Shown: positions 48,424-57,976 of the stretch, piece by piece
How positions within the stretch are numbered: the stretch's first letter is position 1
Layout: the number at the start of each line of letters is the position of its first letter
Assembly: GCA_023261845.1 (NCBI GenBank)
Contig: JALNJZ010000004.1
Span: 69,693-133,692, forward strand
From: Candidatus Terraquivivens tengchongensis
GTDB taxonomy: Archaea > Thermoproteota > Nitrososphaeria_A > Caldarchaeales > Wolframiiraptoraceae
DNA: 64,000 nucleotides
Direction of reading: 5' to 3'
Position numbers and translations under genes: made by a program
Notes under the pieces: model-generated
Told to the model about the DNA's origin: nothing
What the model saw: the letters and a program-made list of their open reading frames with translations, nothing else
The model's database searches: none

Positions 48424-48606
48424 CTAGTGGCAACAATGCCCTGAATGTTCAGAATGTCCGCCAGCATATTTTGTCGGATTCTTATCGAACGTTGTCTTAC
48501 ATATTTGGTTACAGAAGTAGTATGTTTTGCCCATATATTCTGATTTGAACTTGGCAGTTTTCTCGTCCACATCCATACCGCAAACTGGGTCTTTAGCCAT
48601 ATTCAT
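48424..48606 (-). CDS. YHS/TRASH-domain metal-binding protein
   Basis: DPVCGMDVDEKTA...GKTYYFCNQICKTTFDKNP. Confidence 0.65.
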   Translation of the reverse strand: MNMAKDPVCGMDVDEKTAKFKSEYMGKTYYFCNQICKTTFDKNPTKYAGGHSEHSGHCCH

Positions 48607-48699
48607 ATTTCACCTCCTATGTATTCGCTTACAACTTGAGGGATTTAAAATTGCCGAATTGCTGAGAGCAAATAAGTAACTGAAAACCATTGTATAGGT

Positions 48700-48757
48700 A
48701 GCTACCGAGGTTGTTGAAATATCAAAATACTACGCTTTAAGATGCAAAAAACTGAAA
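48700..48757 (+). repeat. diverged duplicate of the ThiN-like gene 3' end (about 75% nt identity, same orientation)
   Basis: ggtagctaccgaggttgttgaaatatcaaaatactacgctttaagatgcaaa translates to VATEVVEISKYYALRCK, against VATEVAEISKQYASRCK at 45169..45225. Confidence 0.55.
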
Positions 48758-48883
48758 AGCTGTCAGCGAGAGAGTGCTGTAATATCTGCTGGCTCTGGAA
48801 AACTAGGTAAGCTTTTCCTACACCAAAACATTTATTTCCGCCTGATTGAACTCTTCTTTTTAGCTAAAGGAGTCTAAAAGGAT

Positions 48884-50089
48884 ATGGCGCCAAGGATCTT
48901 ATCTCAAGAGGTTGCGCGTGAATTTTATCTGCTGAGGGTTGATGATGAGAAAGTTAATTATTTCGAGGCCCTTTGGAGCATTCCAGAGAAAGTGACTTAT
49001 AACGCGTATCTGTTAGTAGGAAATGGTGAGGTTGTTCTATTTGATTGCTGGAAGAATACCTATGCTGATGAGCTTGTTGAGACGATTAAAGGGATCGTGG
49101 ACCCACGGGATATAACGCATATAATTGTTCATCATGCCGAGCCAGATCACTCCGGTTCTCTTCCGAGGGTTCTTGAGGTAAACGGGTTCAGGGCTGAGGT
49201 TGTGACCTACTCCATGGGCAAATCCATTCTCGAAGCCTTATACAAGATATCCCCTAAGTTCAGGATAGTGAAGGATGGTGATGAGCTCGCATTGGCTGGA
49301 GAGAACATCAAGATTATCCACACACCGTGGCTACACTGGCCCGAGACCATAATGAGTTATCTTTCAGGACGTAAGATATTGCTTTCGTGTGACGCTTTTG
49401 GAGGCTACTCGATCCCAAGAACCATCTTTGATGATGAAGAGGTTGTCCGAGAGTATCTGCCGAGTGTCAGGAAATACGTCGCAACAGTAATAGGATTCTA
49501 CAGACAACACATAATCCGGAACGTAGAGAAAATTCAAAGCCTTGGACTAAGCATTGATATGATAGCTCCGGCCCACGGGCTTATATGGAAAAGGAGGCCA
49601 CAACTGATTGTAGATTACTACAGGGCGTTAGCTGAAGGGCGTCCCGACGAGTATAAGATTCTAGTCATTTCCGGCTCGATGTACGGCCTGACGGAAGCGG
49701 CTACGAGAGTCGCCGTTGAAGAAGTGGAGAGGTTAGGGGGTCGTGTGGTTTTCTACCGGTTCGATGATTCCGAGCAACCTCCGTTTTCTGATATCCTAGG
49801 CGATGCAATAGACTCAAAAGCAATTATCCTCGCTACGCCGACTTACGAGGTTGGCATCTATCCGCCGCTAGATCAACTGGTTGAGTTAATCACTAAGAAG
49901 ATTCCACAGAAGCCGGTACTCGTAGTAGGTTCTTATGGTTGGGCTGGTGTTGCGGCCAAGAAGGTCTCGGAGAAGCTTGGAGGTTCGGGCTTTAAGGTGA
50001 TCGATGTTATCGAATTTCAGGGATCTGCGAGTGAGAAGAACATTCAGAGGATTAGGGAGGGTGTGAAAAAACTTTTCGAATCACCATAA
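48884..50089 (+). CDS. fprA: A-type flavodiiron protein (FprA-like: metallo-beta-lactamase plus flavodoxin domains)
   Basis: HHAEPDHSGS (HxHxDH) with D..H diiron ligands. C-terminal flavodoxin-like ILVISGSMYGLTEAA. Confidence 0.8.
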   Translation: MAPRILSQEVAREFYLLRVDDEKVNYFEALWSIPEKVTYNAYLLVGNGEVVLFDCWKNTYADELVETIKGIVDPRDITHIIVHHAEPDHSGSLPRVLEVNGFRAEVVTYSMGKSILEALYKISPKFRIVKDGDELALAGENIKIIHTPWLHWPETIMSYLSGRKILLSCDAFGGYSIPRTIFDDEEVVREYLPSVRKYVATVIGFYRQHIIRNVEKIQSLGLSIDMIAPAHGLIWKRRPQLIVDYYRALAEGRPDEYKILVISGSMYGLTEAATRVAVEEVERLGGRVVFYRFDDSEQPPFSDILGDAIDSKAIILATPTYEVGIYPPLDQLVELITKKIPQKPVLVVGSYGWAGVAAKKVSEKLGGSGFKVIDVIEFQGSASEKNIQRIREGVKKLFESP

Positions 50090-50290
50090 AAGCGAGAATT
50101 ACGACCTGTTATCTCTCGAGGATGTGGAGGGGTCTCTGATATGATGAACAGACCGTGGAGTGGATTGTACATGCTTAACATGTGGGCGGTGAAATTGCTA
50201 CCACAATTCTCGTAACAGCCATATTCTTAGGATGTTTGAGAATATGACCGAAGGACGAGTTGCCATTTATCTATAGAGAGTTTGTTCCCG

Positions 50291-50339
50291 AATTAGTTTT
50301 ACATCTGTGGAAAAATTTTTCCAGCATGCTGAACTAATT
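50291..50339. repeat. palindromic element, copy 2 (imperfect stem)
   Basis: aattagttttaca-tctgtggaaaaatttttcc-agcatgctgaactaatt. It shares about 28 bp (aaaatttttccagcatgctgaactaatt) with copy 1. The loop segment ccacag versus ctgtgg is inverted. Confidence 0.65.
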
Positions 50340-51073
50340 ACTCTATATACTCATAGAACTTTCTTTAATGCAAAACCGCAGACAATCAATCATATAAAGA
50401 CGTATTTGTCCCATGCCATGGATAGTGACGGTGGATGGCACTATTATCTGGGAATTAATCTTTCGTCTACGTTTCTCTGGAATGATATTCACCAACGCCT
50501 ACAATTATCGCCATTAAACCCAATAGTATAAGTATCCAAGGCCAGAAGCCAACATAAAAGAGTATGGCGAGTCCTATCAAGAAGGCCCCACCGGACACAG
50601 AAAGCCAAAGCCTCCTCCTCGAACTCCCATCTCTGCTTTTCTCAGGCACAAAATTTTTTCTCTTAGGGGAACTTAAAAGGTTTATGATTTAAACGCCAGC
50701 AACTATCTCCAATTGCCATATAACTCTAATGTAATTTTCATACCCTTAGGTTACGCTAGTCGGCAGATATACGTCCTTTTATTTTTTAACAGAAAGGGGA
50801 ACGAAAAATTGAAAATATGGATATTATGTCATGAAAGATATTGATGAAGAAATTATTGGTTTCATTTTTGCTTCTTAATCAATGATGATGATTTTTATAG
50901 TAGTGATAACAATAACCGCAATAGCCGCCTACTATGTGGAAAATCAGCCCAAAGAAAAGAAATATTCAGCTTTTAAGCAACTAGGTAGGCTAACTCTCTT
51001 CATAAGCCATCGTGGAAAATAGGGTCGAAAAAATGAAAATGATTGTTACACCTGTAACAATTCTTAAAAGTAT

Positions 51074-51157
51074 GCGGGGGGTGGGATTTGAACCCACGAA
51101 CCCCTACGGGACAGGAGCCTCAGTCCTGCGCCGTTGACCAGGCTTGGCAACCCCCGC
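51074..51157 (-). tRNA. tRNA-Leu (anticodon GAG), class II, CCA not encoded
   Basis: Hand-folded: acceptor GCGGGGG/CCCCCGC, anticodon stem CAGGA/TCCTG with loop CTGAGGC, long variable arm, T-arm GTGGG-TTCAAAT-CCCAC. 84 nt. Confidence 0.8.
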
Positions 51158-51234
51158 CTTATTTTACCCAAGCTGATAGGAGGTTTTCTCCTTTTAATAA
51201 ATTTACATATCTGCATCCTATATTTTGTGCGGTT

Positions 51235-52434
51235 TTAGGTTATGCTTCGCTGAGGGGCTCTCATGATTTTTATACTCGTAAGTAAGCCGATGATTGCCAC
51301 AGATTCTGTCGCTATAGCAAACAGCACCATAAGAATCACGAGGCCGTGTTGATATAGGTATCCGTAAACCATCGAGCCAACCATCCATGCCATTCCGAAG
51401 AAAGCTCCGAACATACCGTATCCGTATGCTCTGCCTTCTATGGGCACTATGTCTGCTATTGCTGCACGCGCAGTGCTCTCGTAGATTCCCATTGCTGCTC
51501 CCCAAAACACGCTGGACAATAGAACCAAACGAAGATCACCCATAACGAGTGTTGGAACGACTAAAGCCGATAGCACGGGCGCCACTACGAGCGAGGCTAA
51601 GCCGACCCTATCGTAAATCATTCCCATAGGAAAAGCGAGAAATCCGTCGACGAGCATGGCTACAAGATACATCATAGCTATCACGTAATCTGCAAAGCCT
51701 TCAGCCCTAAGGTAATATGAGACGTTGACCCAAGGCATGAAGCCTAAGGCGATCAAAGACATAGAGGCTGTATACAACCAGAATGCCTTACCAAGTACAA
51801 CTCTGCTCTTTAGTATTGGAACAGAAGCTTCTGCCGATCTCACCTTAGGGTATTTGCTGTATGCAGTGAGGAGGAGCGCTATGGATATGGCTGCGGGTAA
51901 TGCTAACAGTGAAAACGTCACGAAGTAAGAGTTGCTAGTCACATACAACGTCACTGAAACCATCAAAGGGCCCATGACCGCCCCTGCCTGGTCCAGTGCT
52001 TCGTGGAGACCGAAGGCTTTGCCCTTACCCGCCTTTTCCGTTACCTCGGCTATTATGACGTCCCTTACTGGAGTCCTCAAGCCCTTGCCTATCCTCTCTA
52101 GGAATATGAGAAATATCGCTAACTGCCAATACCCGGATAGCGCCAGAAGCGGGCAAGCAATCAAGTTCAGTGCATATCCAGCGAAGACCAATGACCAGTA
52201 AACCTTGCTAGACCTCCAATGGCCTGCTAGCGTGCCGCTAAGCAACCTCGCAACATAACCTAAAAACTCGCCTATACTCGCTAGGCTGGCGAAGAACGCC
52301 GTCGCACCTAAGAGCCCTACGTAAGAGCCAAAAACCGACCTGGCACCCTCATACGTCATATCTGCGAACAGCGAAACTAATGAGAGTAGAATGAAGACCG
52401 TGAAAAGCTCCTTGCCTAGGACGCGGAAACCCAT
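51235..52434 (-). CDS. MFS transporter
   Basis: 12 predicted TM helices and an MFS-like loop motif. 399 aa. Confidence 0.75.
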   Translation of the reverse strand: MGFRVLGKELFTVFILLSLVSLFADMTYEGARSVFGSYVGLLGATAFFASLASIGEFLGYVARLLSGTLAGHWRSSKVYWSLVFAGYALNLIACPLLALSGYWQLAIFLIFLERIGKGLRTPVRDVIIAEVTEKAGKGKAFGLHEALDQAGAVMGPLMVSVTLYVTSNSYFVTFSLLALPAAISIALLLTAYSKYPKVRSAEASVPILKSRVVLGKAFWLYTASMSLIALGFMPWVNVSYYLRAEGFADYVIAMMYLVAMLVDGFLAFPMGMIYDRVGLASLVVAPVLSALVVPTLVMGDLRLVLLSSVFWGAAMGIYESTARAAIADIVPIEGRAYGYGMFGAFFGMAWMVGSMVYGYLYQHGLVILMVLFAIATESVAIIGLLTSIKIMRAPQRSIT

Positions 52435-52560
52435 CTTTTTATCACCAAGCGTTTTAATGTTGTCTCATGCAACGACCCGATGTTATGTGGTTTATTAAGA
52501 CCGAGGCTGATTTAAAAGTCATATTTCGTTAACCAGGCTTGGCATAATCCTTCCAAGCCG

Positions 52561-54372
52561 CTAAATCGCACATGTTTCAGGCATGGGTATTGCTTCTAGG
52601 AATTCCTTTTGGAATTCTGGCTCGGCAGCTAGCTCCACGTATTCTATCTTCTTAGCGACGTTACATGCAACATCTCTCAGGGTCTTTGAAAGAAGCATAG
52701 CTCTCGCACCGGCACCAGCAGCATTACCAACAATCCTTATCTTGCTCAAGTCTATGTTAGGATACAACCCTATAATTTTTGCCGAGATTGGATTAAGAAA
52801 GAAACCAAACGTACCGGCAACGTAAAGCCTCTCAGCTTCTGATACATCTACCTGAAGCTTCTTCATCAAAATGTTCATGCCAGTCCTGATCGCTGCCTTT
52901 GCCAGCTGTATTTCTCTTATGTCCTTCTGCGTCAACACTATGTCCTCGCCTATGGCCGTGTTCTCTTTGTATTCTACGACGAATTCTGGATAATTCCTAT
53001 CATTCATCCTTATGCGTCTTGTGCCTACATTCGTGTTCAACCTTCCCGACTTATCCATCAGACCTGTCGTAAATAAACCAGCAACTAAGTCGACAACCGC
53101 AGAACCTGTCATGCCTCTTGGCTTTACGTTACCTATAACACTATAGCTCACCTCACCATTAGCCATAACCTCTATCCCGTATATCGCACCGATGGTGGCC
53201 CGCATTCCGTAGGTTATGTGGGCGCCCTCAAACGCAGGGCCAGATGCGGTTGAGCAAGCGACAAATTTTCCATCCTTCTTGACGACTATCTCAGTATTCG
53301 TTCCTACATCAACTAAGATTGCAGCATCCGCATCTTCTTGCATGTTGGTTGCTATGATGTCGGCTACAACGTCCGAGCCCATATATCCCGCGATTAGCGG
53401 CGGCATAAAGAGTCTAGCTTCAGCATTCGCACGTATACCTACACTTTTTGCCATAACACATAATGGTTCTCTTGTCGTGGGTGTGTACGGGAAATATGCT
53501 AACCTTTTCGGCTCAAGACATAAAAGGAAATGATGCATGACTGTATTACCTACAGCCACTACCTCATAAACGTCTTCAACGTCACTTCCAGTTGTATCAC
53601 ATGCCGTGTTTATGAGTTTATTTATACAGCTGATTATTTTTTCTTGCAACGCTTTAACACCTTCCTTTAAGGCATAGTCGAGCCTAGATACGACGTCCTC
53701 ACCATAAGCTATCTGTGGGTTGATATCGGAAACTGTTGACAAAGTCTTACCACTCATTAGGTCGACTAGGTAACCAACAACTTTGGTTGTACCCACGTCT
53801 ACTGCGAAGCCAAGAGGTCTGCAGTTCTCTCGTACATCGATTATCTCATCGTTGTAAGTTATAAGCGAGAGTTTTTTCTCAATACCTACATCGGCTATAC
53901 GGGAAAGCTTCTGTAACGCATGAAGATTAAATCGTTTTGGTACACTTAACGATGATACAACTTCATCCAATGCACCCCATACTTTAGCAGGTAGTGTGAC
54001 GTTAACTTTCTGGACTACAGAATCAAACCGCTCCTCAAACACTTCGCCTTCAACTGATACGACATATTCGCCCAACCTACTCTCGCCCGGCACGAATACC
54101 GATATCGCATTCTCTCTAACTATCTTGCATCTGCAAGAAAGTCTATAACCTTCGTTCAGCTTCTTTGAGCTGAGCACTATTTTTTCATCACTAGTTAAAT
54201 CAGATATACTATCTGAGCCGACGATTATTTTGACCATACACTTTCCACATAACGCCTTTCCATTGCAAGGTCCAATGATGTCAATTCCTGCCCTGCGAGC
54301 AACTTCAAGCAAAGATTCGCCGATTTTTGCCTCAACCCTTTTCCCTTCTGGCATGAAGCTGACGATAACCAT
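52561..54372 (-). CDS. reductive activase of corrinoid proteins (RACo/COG3894: N-terminal [2Fe-2S] ferredoxin plus ASKHA ATPase)
   Basis: N-terminus GPCNGKALCGKC...YRLSCRC (plant-type ferredoxin cysteines) fused to an actin-fold ATPase region. 603 aa. Confidence 0.65.
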   Translation of the reverse strand: MVIVSFMPEGKRVEAKIGESLLEVARRAGIDIIGPCNGKALCGKCMVKIIVGSDSISDLTSDEKIVLSSKKLNEGYRLSCRCKIVRENAISVFVPGESRLGEYVVSVEGEVFEERFDSVVQKVNVTLPAKVWGALDEVVSSLSVPKRFNLHALQKLSRIADVGIEKKLSLITYNDEIIDVRENCRPLGFAVDVGTTKVVGYLVDLMSGKTLSTVSDINPQIAYGEDVVSRLDYALKEGVKALQEKIISCINKLINTACDTTGSDVEDVYEVVAVGNTVMHHFLLCLEPKRLAYFPYTPTTREPLCVMAKSVGIRANAEARLFMPPLIAGYMGSDVVADIIATNMQEDADAAILVDVGTNTEIVVKKDGKFVACSTASGPAFEGAHITYGMRATIGAIYGIEVMANGEVSYSVIGNVKPRGMTGSAVVDLVAGLFTTGLMDKSGRLNTNVGTRRIRMNDRNYPEFVVEYKENTAIGEDIVLTQKDIREIQLAKAAIRTGMNILMKKLQVDVSEAERLYVAGTFGFFLNPISAKIIGLYPNIDLSKIRIVGNAAGAGARAMLLSKTLRDVACNVAKKIEYVELAAEPEFQKEFLEAIPMPETCAI

Positions 54373-54512
54373 TCTTTCCTTGTTCCCCCAGATTCAGCTC
54401 ACATCCCCGTTAAAAGCATATATCCTTTAAAAGTCAAACTGCTATACCGATACAATATTTACACATACATGTAAAGCTATAAATAAATAGCAGATAAAAG
54501 TTTCGCGAGTAC

Positions 54513-55214
54513 GTGACGCAAGCAGAAGATGTTATAGTTAGCAAGCAACTAGCCAGACTTAAAGAGGCAATACTGAACGGTGATGCAAACACCGCAAGAG
54601 AGGCAGCTACTATCTTAAAAGAGAAAGGTCTCTTGCCCCTCGACATAGTTAATCGAGCCATTAAACCAGCGATGGATGAGATGGGTAAAAGGTATGAGAG
54701 GTTAGAGGCATTTCTTCCTGACCTAGTCTTAGCAGGTGAGGCGGCCCAAGAAGCATTGAAAGTTATACTACCAAAAGAAGGGGAAGAAGCTTTCATCAAG
54801 GGCAAGGTCGTCATCGGAACTATATACGGAGACATACATGATATAGGTAAGAACATCGTGGCAGCGATACTGAGTGCCAACGGTTACAAAATAATAGACC
54901 TAGGTAATGATGTGCCACCTGAAAGGTATATTGAAACGGCAAAGAAAGAGGGCGCGCATATTATAGGCATATCATGTCTCCTGACACCATCAATGTACTA
55001 TATGAGGGATGTTATCAGAAAGTTAGAAGAAGAAAACATTAGGGACAAGTTTTACGTGATCATTGGTGGAGCAGCAGTTTATCCAGATTGGGCTAAGGAA
55101 ATTGGTGCAGATGGATGGGCCAAAGATGCCGAAAGAGCGGTCCAGCTTTGCGATACCCTAATCGAAAGGGGCAAGGAACTTCCTAAACCCGTTATTTTAG
55201 GCGAATGGCGCTAG
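54513..55214 (+). CDS. mtaC: corrinoid (cobalamin-binding) protein, MtaC-like
   Basis: B12-binding DxHxxG motif (GDIHDIGKNIV) with an N-terminal helical cap. 233 aa. Confidence 0.75.
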   Translation: MTQAEDVIVSKQLARLKEAILNGDANTAREAATILKEKGLLPLDIVNRAIKPAMDEMGKRYERLEAFLPDLVLAGEAAQEALKVILPKEGEEAFIKGKVVIGTIYGDIHDIGKNIVAAILSANGYKIIDLGNDVPPERYIETAKKEGAHIIGISCLLTPSMYYMRDVIRKLEEENIRDKFYVIIGGAAVYPDWAKEIGADGWAKDAERAVQLCDTLIERGKELPKPVILGEWR

Positions 55215-55230
55215 TTGGAGGGGCAACTTC

Positions 55231-56613
55231 TTGGATTTACTTTTCAACATTCTAGACAAGACACTCACAGGTCCTCCTATTGAAAAACGTGATTTTGAGT
55301 TTAAGCTAGTTCCAAAGACGACACGAGATGTTCTTAAAGAATACGGCCTCGAAAAGACGTTTGACCCAGAGAACCCAATAAACACTGACCTAAAGCTCGC
55401 TGAACAATTTTACAAAGCTGGATATGAGTTAGCACTAAGGCTCGGCATGTTCTGTCCAGATACGAAAAGGAGAGTAATTTTCACAGAAGAAGAGATTAAG
55501 GAAGCTTTAAGGAACGCTCCAACAGAAGTCACGCTCGGCTATGGCAAAGATAAAGTTACGATAAGGAGTAGGAAACCTGAGGATAGAAATCCTCCAGTCG
55601 CCGAAGGGTCGGCTTTAGGCATGTCGATAAGCGAGGAGTACTTCATACCGCTCTGCATGGCAATAGCACAGTACAAAGTCATAGATATCATTCTTGCACC
55701 TACACTAGATACGATAAATAAACGTGAAATTAGGGCGAGGACACCTTACGAGACAATTATGGGAATGTATGAGGCCAAGTACGTTAAAGAGGCCCTAAGA
55801 CGTATAGGAAGACCTGGAATGCCGCTTCATGGTGTCGAGGGTGCTCCAACAGAGTACGGCTACTTCTCAGGCTTCCTCTGGGGTGGGTTCGAACCTGATA
55901 GAACAATTGGTATAGCGCTCATACCCGAGCCGATAACACTGTCCTATCAGATACTTCATAGAGTTGTCGTTAACCATCTAATAGGCTCACCCCTTGAGGC
56001 GGGACATATGCTAAACATAGGCGGCTACTTTGGTTCACCCGAAGGTGCGGTTGTCGGAGCCGTTGCTGCTCAGATTCTTCAGACTGCATCGATGTTCCCA
56101 ACAGTCGTTGAAAGCACAATACTAGATGCGAGGTATTTCGTAAACACTAACAGAGAGGCTCTTTGGGCTACGAGCACTAGCATGCAGGCGAGAACGCTCG
56201 GCAACAAGGTAATGAACCTTGGCATAACGAGCCAGGTGAGTGGTCCATGTACGGACATGTTACTGTATGAAACGACAACGATAGCTATAGCGGATTCTGT
56301 TTCAGGTGTAGCGATAGAGATCGGCACAAGACCAGCGGCATGTAGGTACAAAGATCACGGAAGCGCGCTCGAAAACAAATTCTTCGCAGAGGTTCTTAAA
56401 TCGTCGGCTAAGAACTTAAAACTTACAGACGCGAACGAGATGGTAAAGGCACTTTTGCCCAAGTATGAGCACAAGCTCAAAGATCCTCCAAAAGGAAAAA
56501 GCTTCCCAGAATGTACGGACCTAAGGACGCTCCAACCTTCGAAAGAGTGGTTGGAGATATACGAAAGAGTTTGGAAGGAACTCGAGGACCTTGGACTTCC
56601 TCGGTGGGAGTAG
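55231..56613 (+). CDS. MttB-superfamily substrate:corrinoid methyltransferase (non-pyrrolysine)
   Basis: IFTEEEIKEALRNAPTEVTL and IGGYFGSPEGAVVGAVAAQIL parallel MtgB/MttB segments (VEEAIASAPSEFVL; SIGGPEAALNCAGAQ). 460 aa. No internal TAG. Confidence 0.45.
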   Translation: MDLLFNILDKTLTGPPIEKRDFEFKLVPKTTRDVLKEYGLEKTFDPENPINTDLKLAEQFYKAGYELALRLGMFCPDTKRRVIFTEEEIKEALRNAPTEVTLGYGKDKVTIRSRKPEDRNPPVAEGSALGMSISEEYFIPLCMAIAQYKVIDIILAPTLDTINKREIRARTPYETIMGMYEAKYVKEALRRIGRPGMPLHGVEGAPTEYGYFSGFLWGGFEPDRTIGIALIPEPITLSYQILHRVVVNHLIGSPLEAGHMLNIGGYFGSPEGAVVGAVAAQILQTASMFPTVVESTILDARYFVNTNREALWATSTSMQARTLGNKVMNLGITSQVSGPCTDMLLYETTTIAIADSVSGVAIEIGTRPAACRYKDHGSALENKFFAEVLKSSAKNLKLTDANEMVKALLPKYEHKLKDPPKGKSFPECTDLRTLQPSKEWLEIYERVWKELEDLGLPRWE

Positions 56614-57973
56614 CTTGCCATTCAGAGAGTTGGCATATGAAAACGCATATGAGCTTGCCTTCGGTTTTGCTAAGAAACCTCTAAGTTATGGGTTAGGGCT
56701 TTCTGTCGGTGATGGTAAAGTTATACCCGAAGTCAAATACTTGCTAAAACCTGGCCTTGAACAGAATCTCAATGCACTTGTGGAAGAATATAAGAAGGTA
56801 ACGCTTTCAATCATGGAAAGAGCAGCAAACTTAGGGGTCACAGACGTTCAGCTAGAGACGGAGTTTGTTGAACCTATGACTATGAACCCTAGCTGGGGGG
56901 CGGCTGTGATAGAGACACAGAAAGAGGTTCTTTCAACCTATTACGAAAGGTATGGAATTAGGTCAGCACTTAGAGCTACAATAGCCGACGTAAGGAGGTT
57001 TAGTAAGGGGCTTCGTAAGGGCGAGTATTTTCAGGCGATCATGGATTCGTTTATAAACGCGGCCGAGAGTGGTGCGGACCTACTATCAATCGAATCGAGA
57101 GGAGGTCAGGAAATTTTTTCATACTCGCTCATAAGAAACGATCTAGCAGGCATGCTGTTCTCTTTTGGTATCCTCGCGCCGAGGGATGTCAGATACATTT
57201 GGAAAGAAATTGTGAAGAATGCAAAGAGGGTCATACCTGCAGGAGATACCGCTTGTGCCCTAGCTAACAGCGCCATGGTCTTAGCAAACGGGTTAGTTAA
57301 CAGGAAGATACCGCATACGCTGGCCGCAGTCATTAGGGCCATGTCGGCGGTCAGAACTCTGGCATGCTACGAAGAAGGTGCAATGGGTCCCGGAAAAGAT
57401 TGCGCATACGAGAATGTAATAATCAAAATAATCACAGGTTATCCGATGAGTATGGAAGGCAAGACTTCGGCCTTTGCCCACTCCAGCCTAGTAGGTAACA
57501 TAGTTGCCGCAGCATGCGACCTTTGGTCCAACGAGACGATAGTCGTTGAGGATACATTTGGTGGCAAGACACCTGCTATAATATTTGAGATGTTAAGTTA
57601 CGACACGGCTTTAATGAACGAGTCGATAAGGTCAAGAAATAACAAGATTCTTCAACAATTGTTCATTAACTCAGACAAGTACAGAGACCCGCAAGCTTTA
57701 ATCTTGTCACCCGATAACGCGTTCAGAATAGCGTCCGCCATTGTTTCAGCAAATTCGGATTACGAAAGAACAATTTCCGCCGCACTTGAGGCAATCCGTA
57801 TAATAGAGGATAATCTGAGTATATTGAATATGCCAGAAATAGAGAAGCGATACCTTGCGACACTGAAAAACTTTTTTGAAGCAGTTCCTGATGAGCATAA
57901 ATTAATTGAAGAATCTATTAAAAAGTATAGCGGAAAGGTTCCTGAATTTAATGCAACCAATTACGAGCTTTGA
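56591..57973 (+). CDS. mtaB: methanol:corrinoid methyltransferase MtaB
   Basis: NPSWGAA, GADLLSIESRGG, AGDTACALANSAM, GPGKDCAYENVIIKIITGYPMSMEGKTS, CDLWSNE and DKYRDPQA all match MtaB motifs. 460 aa. TTG start. Confidence 0.75.
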   Translation: MDFLGGSSLPFRELAYENAYELAFGFAKKPLSYGLGLSVGDGKVIPEVKYLLKPGLEQNLNALVEEYKKVTLSIMERAANLGVTDVQLETEFVEPMTMNPSWGAAVIETQKEVLSTYYERYGIRSALRATIADVRRFSKGLRKGEYFQAIMDSFINAAESGADLLSIESRGGQEIFSYSLIRNDLAGMLFSFGILAPRDVRYIWKEIVKNAKRVIPAGDTACALANSAMVLANGLVNRKIPHTLAAVIRAMSAVRTLACYEEGAMGPGKDCAYENVIIKIITGYPMSMEGKTSAFAHSSLVGNIVAAACDLWSNETIVVEDTFGGKTPAIIFEMLSYDTALMNESIRSRNNKILQQLFINSDKYRDPQALILSPDNAFRIASAIVSANSDYERTISAALEAIRIIEDNLSILNMPEIEKRYLATLKNFFEAVPDEHKLIEESIKKYSGKVPEFNATNYEL

Positions 57974-57976
57974 AAC

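Noticed and set aside
20196-50290. The 30 kb between the two palindromic repeats as one integrated element
   Set aside because: The interval contains core housekeeping genes (tmk, glnA) and no integrase. The repeats are more likely members of a dispersed intergenic repeat family.
50881-51021. 46-codon hydrophobic mini-ORF (MMMIFIVVITITAIAAYYVEN...) in the 420-bp non-coding stretch before tRNA-Leu
   Set aside because: It is below any reasonable length threshold and I could not judge conservation. It is noted only as a possible small membrane peptide.
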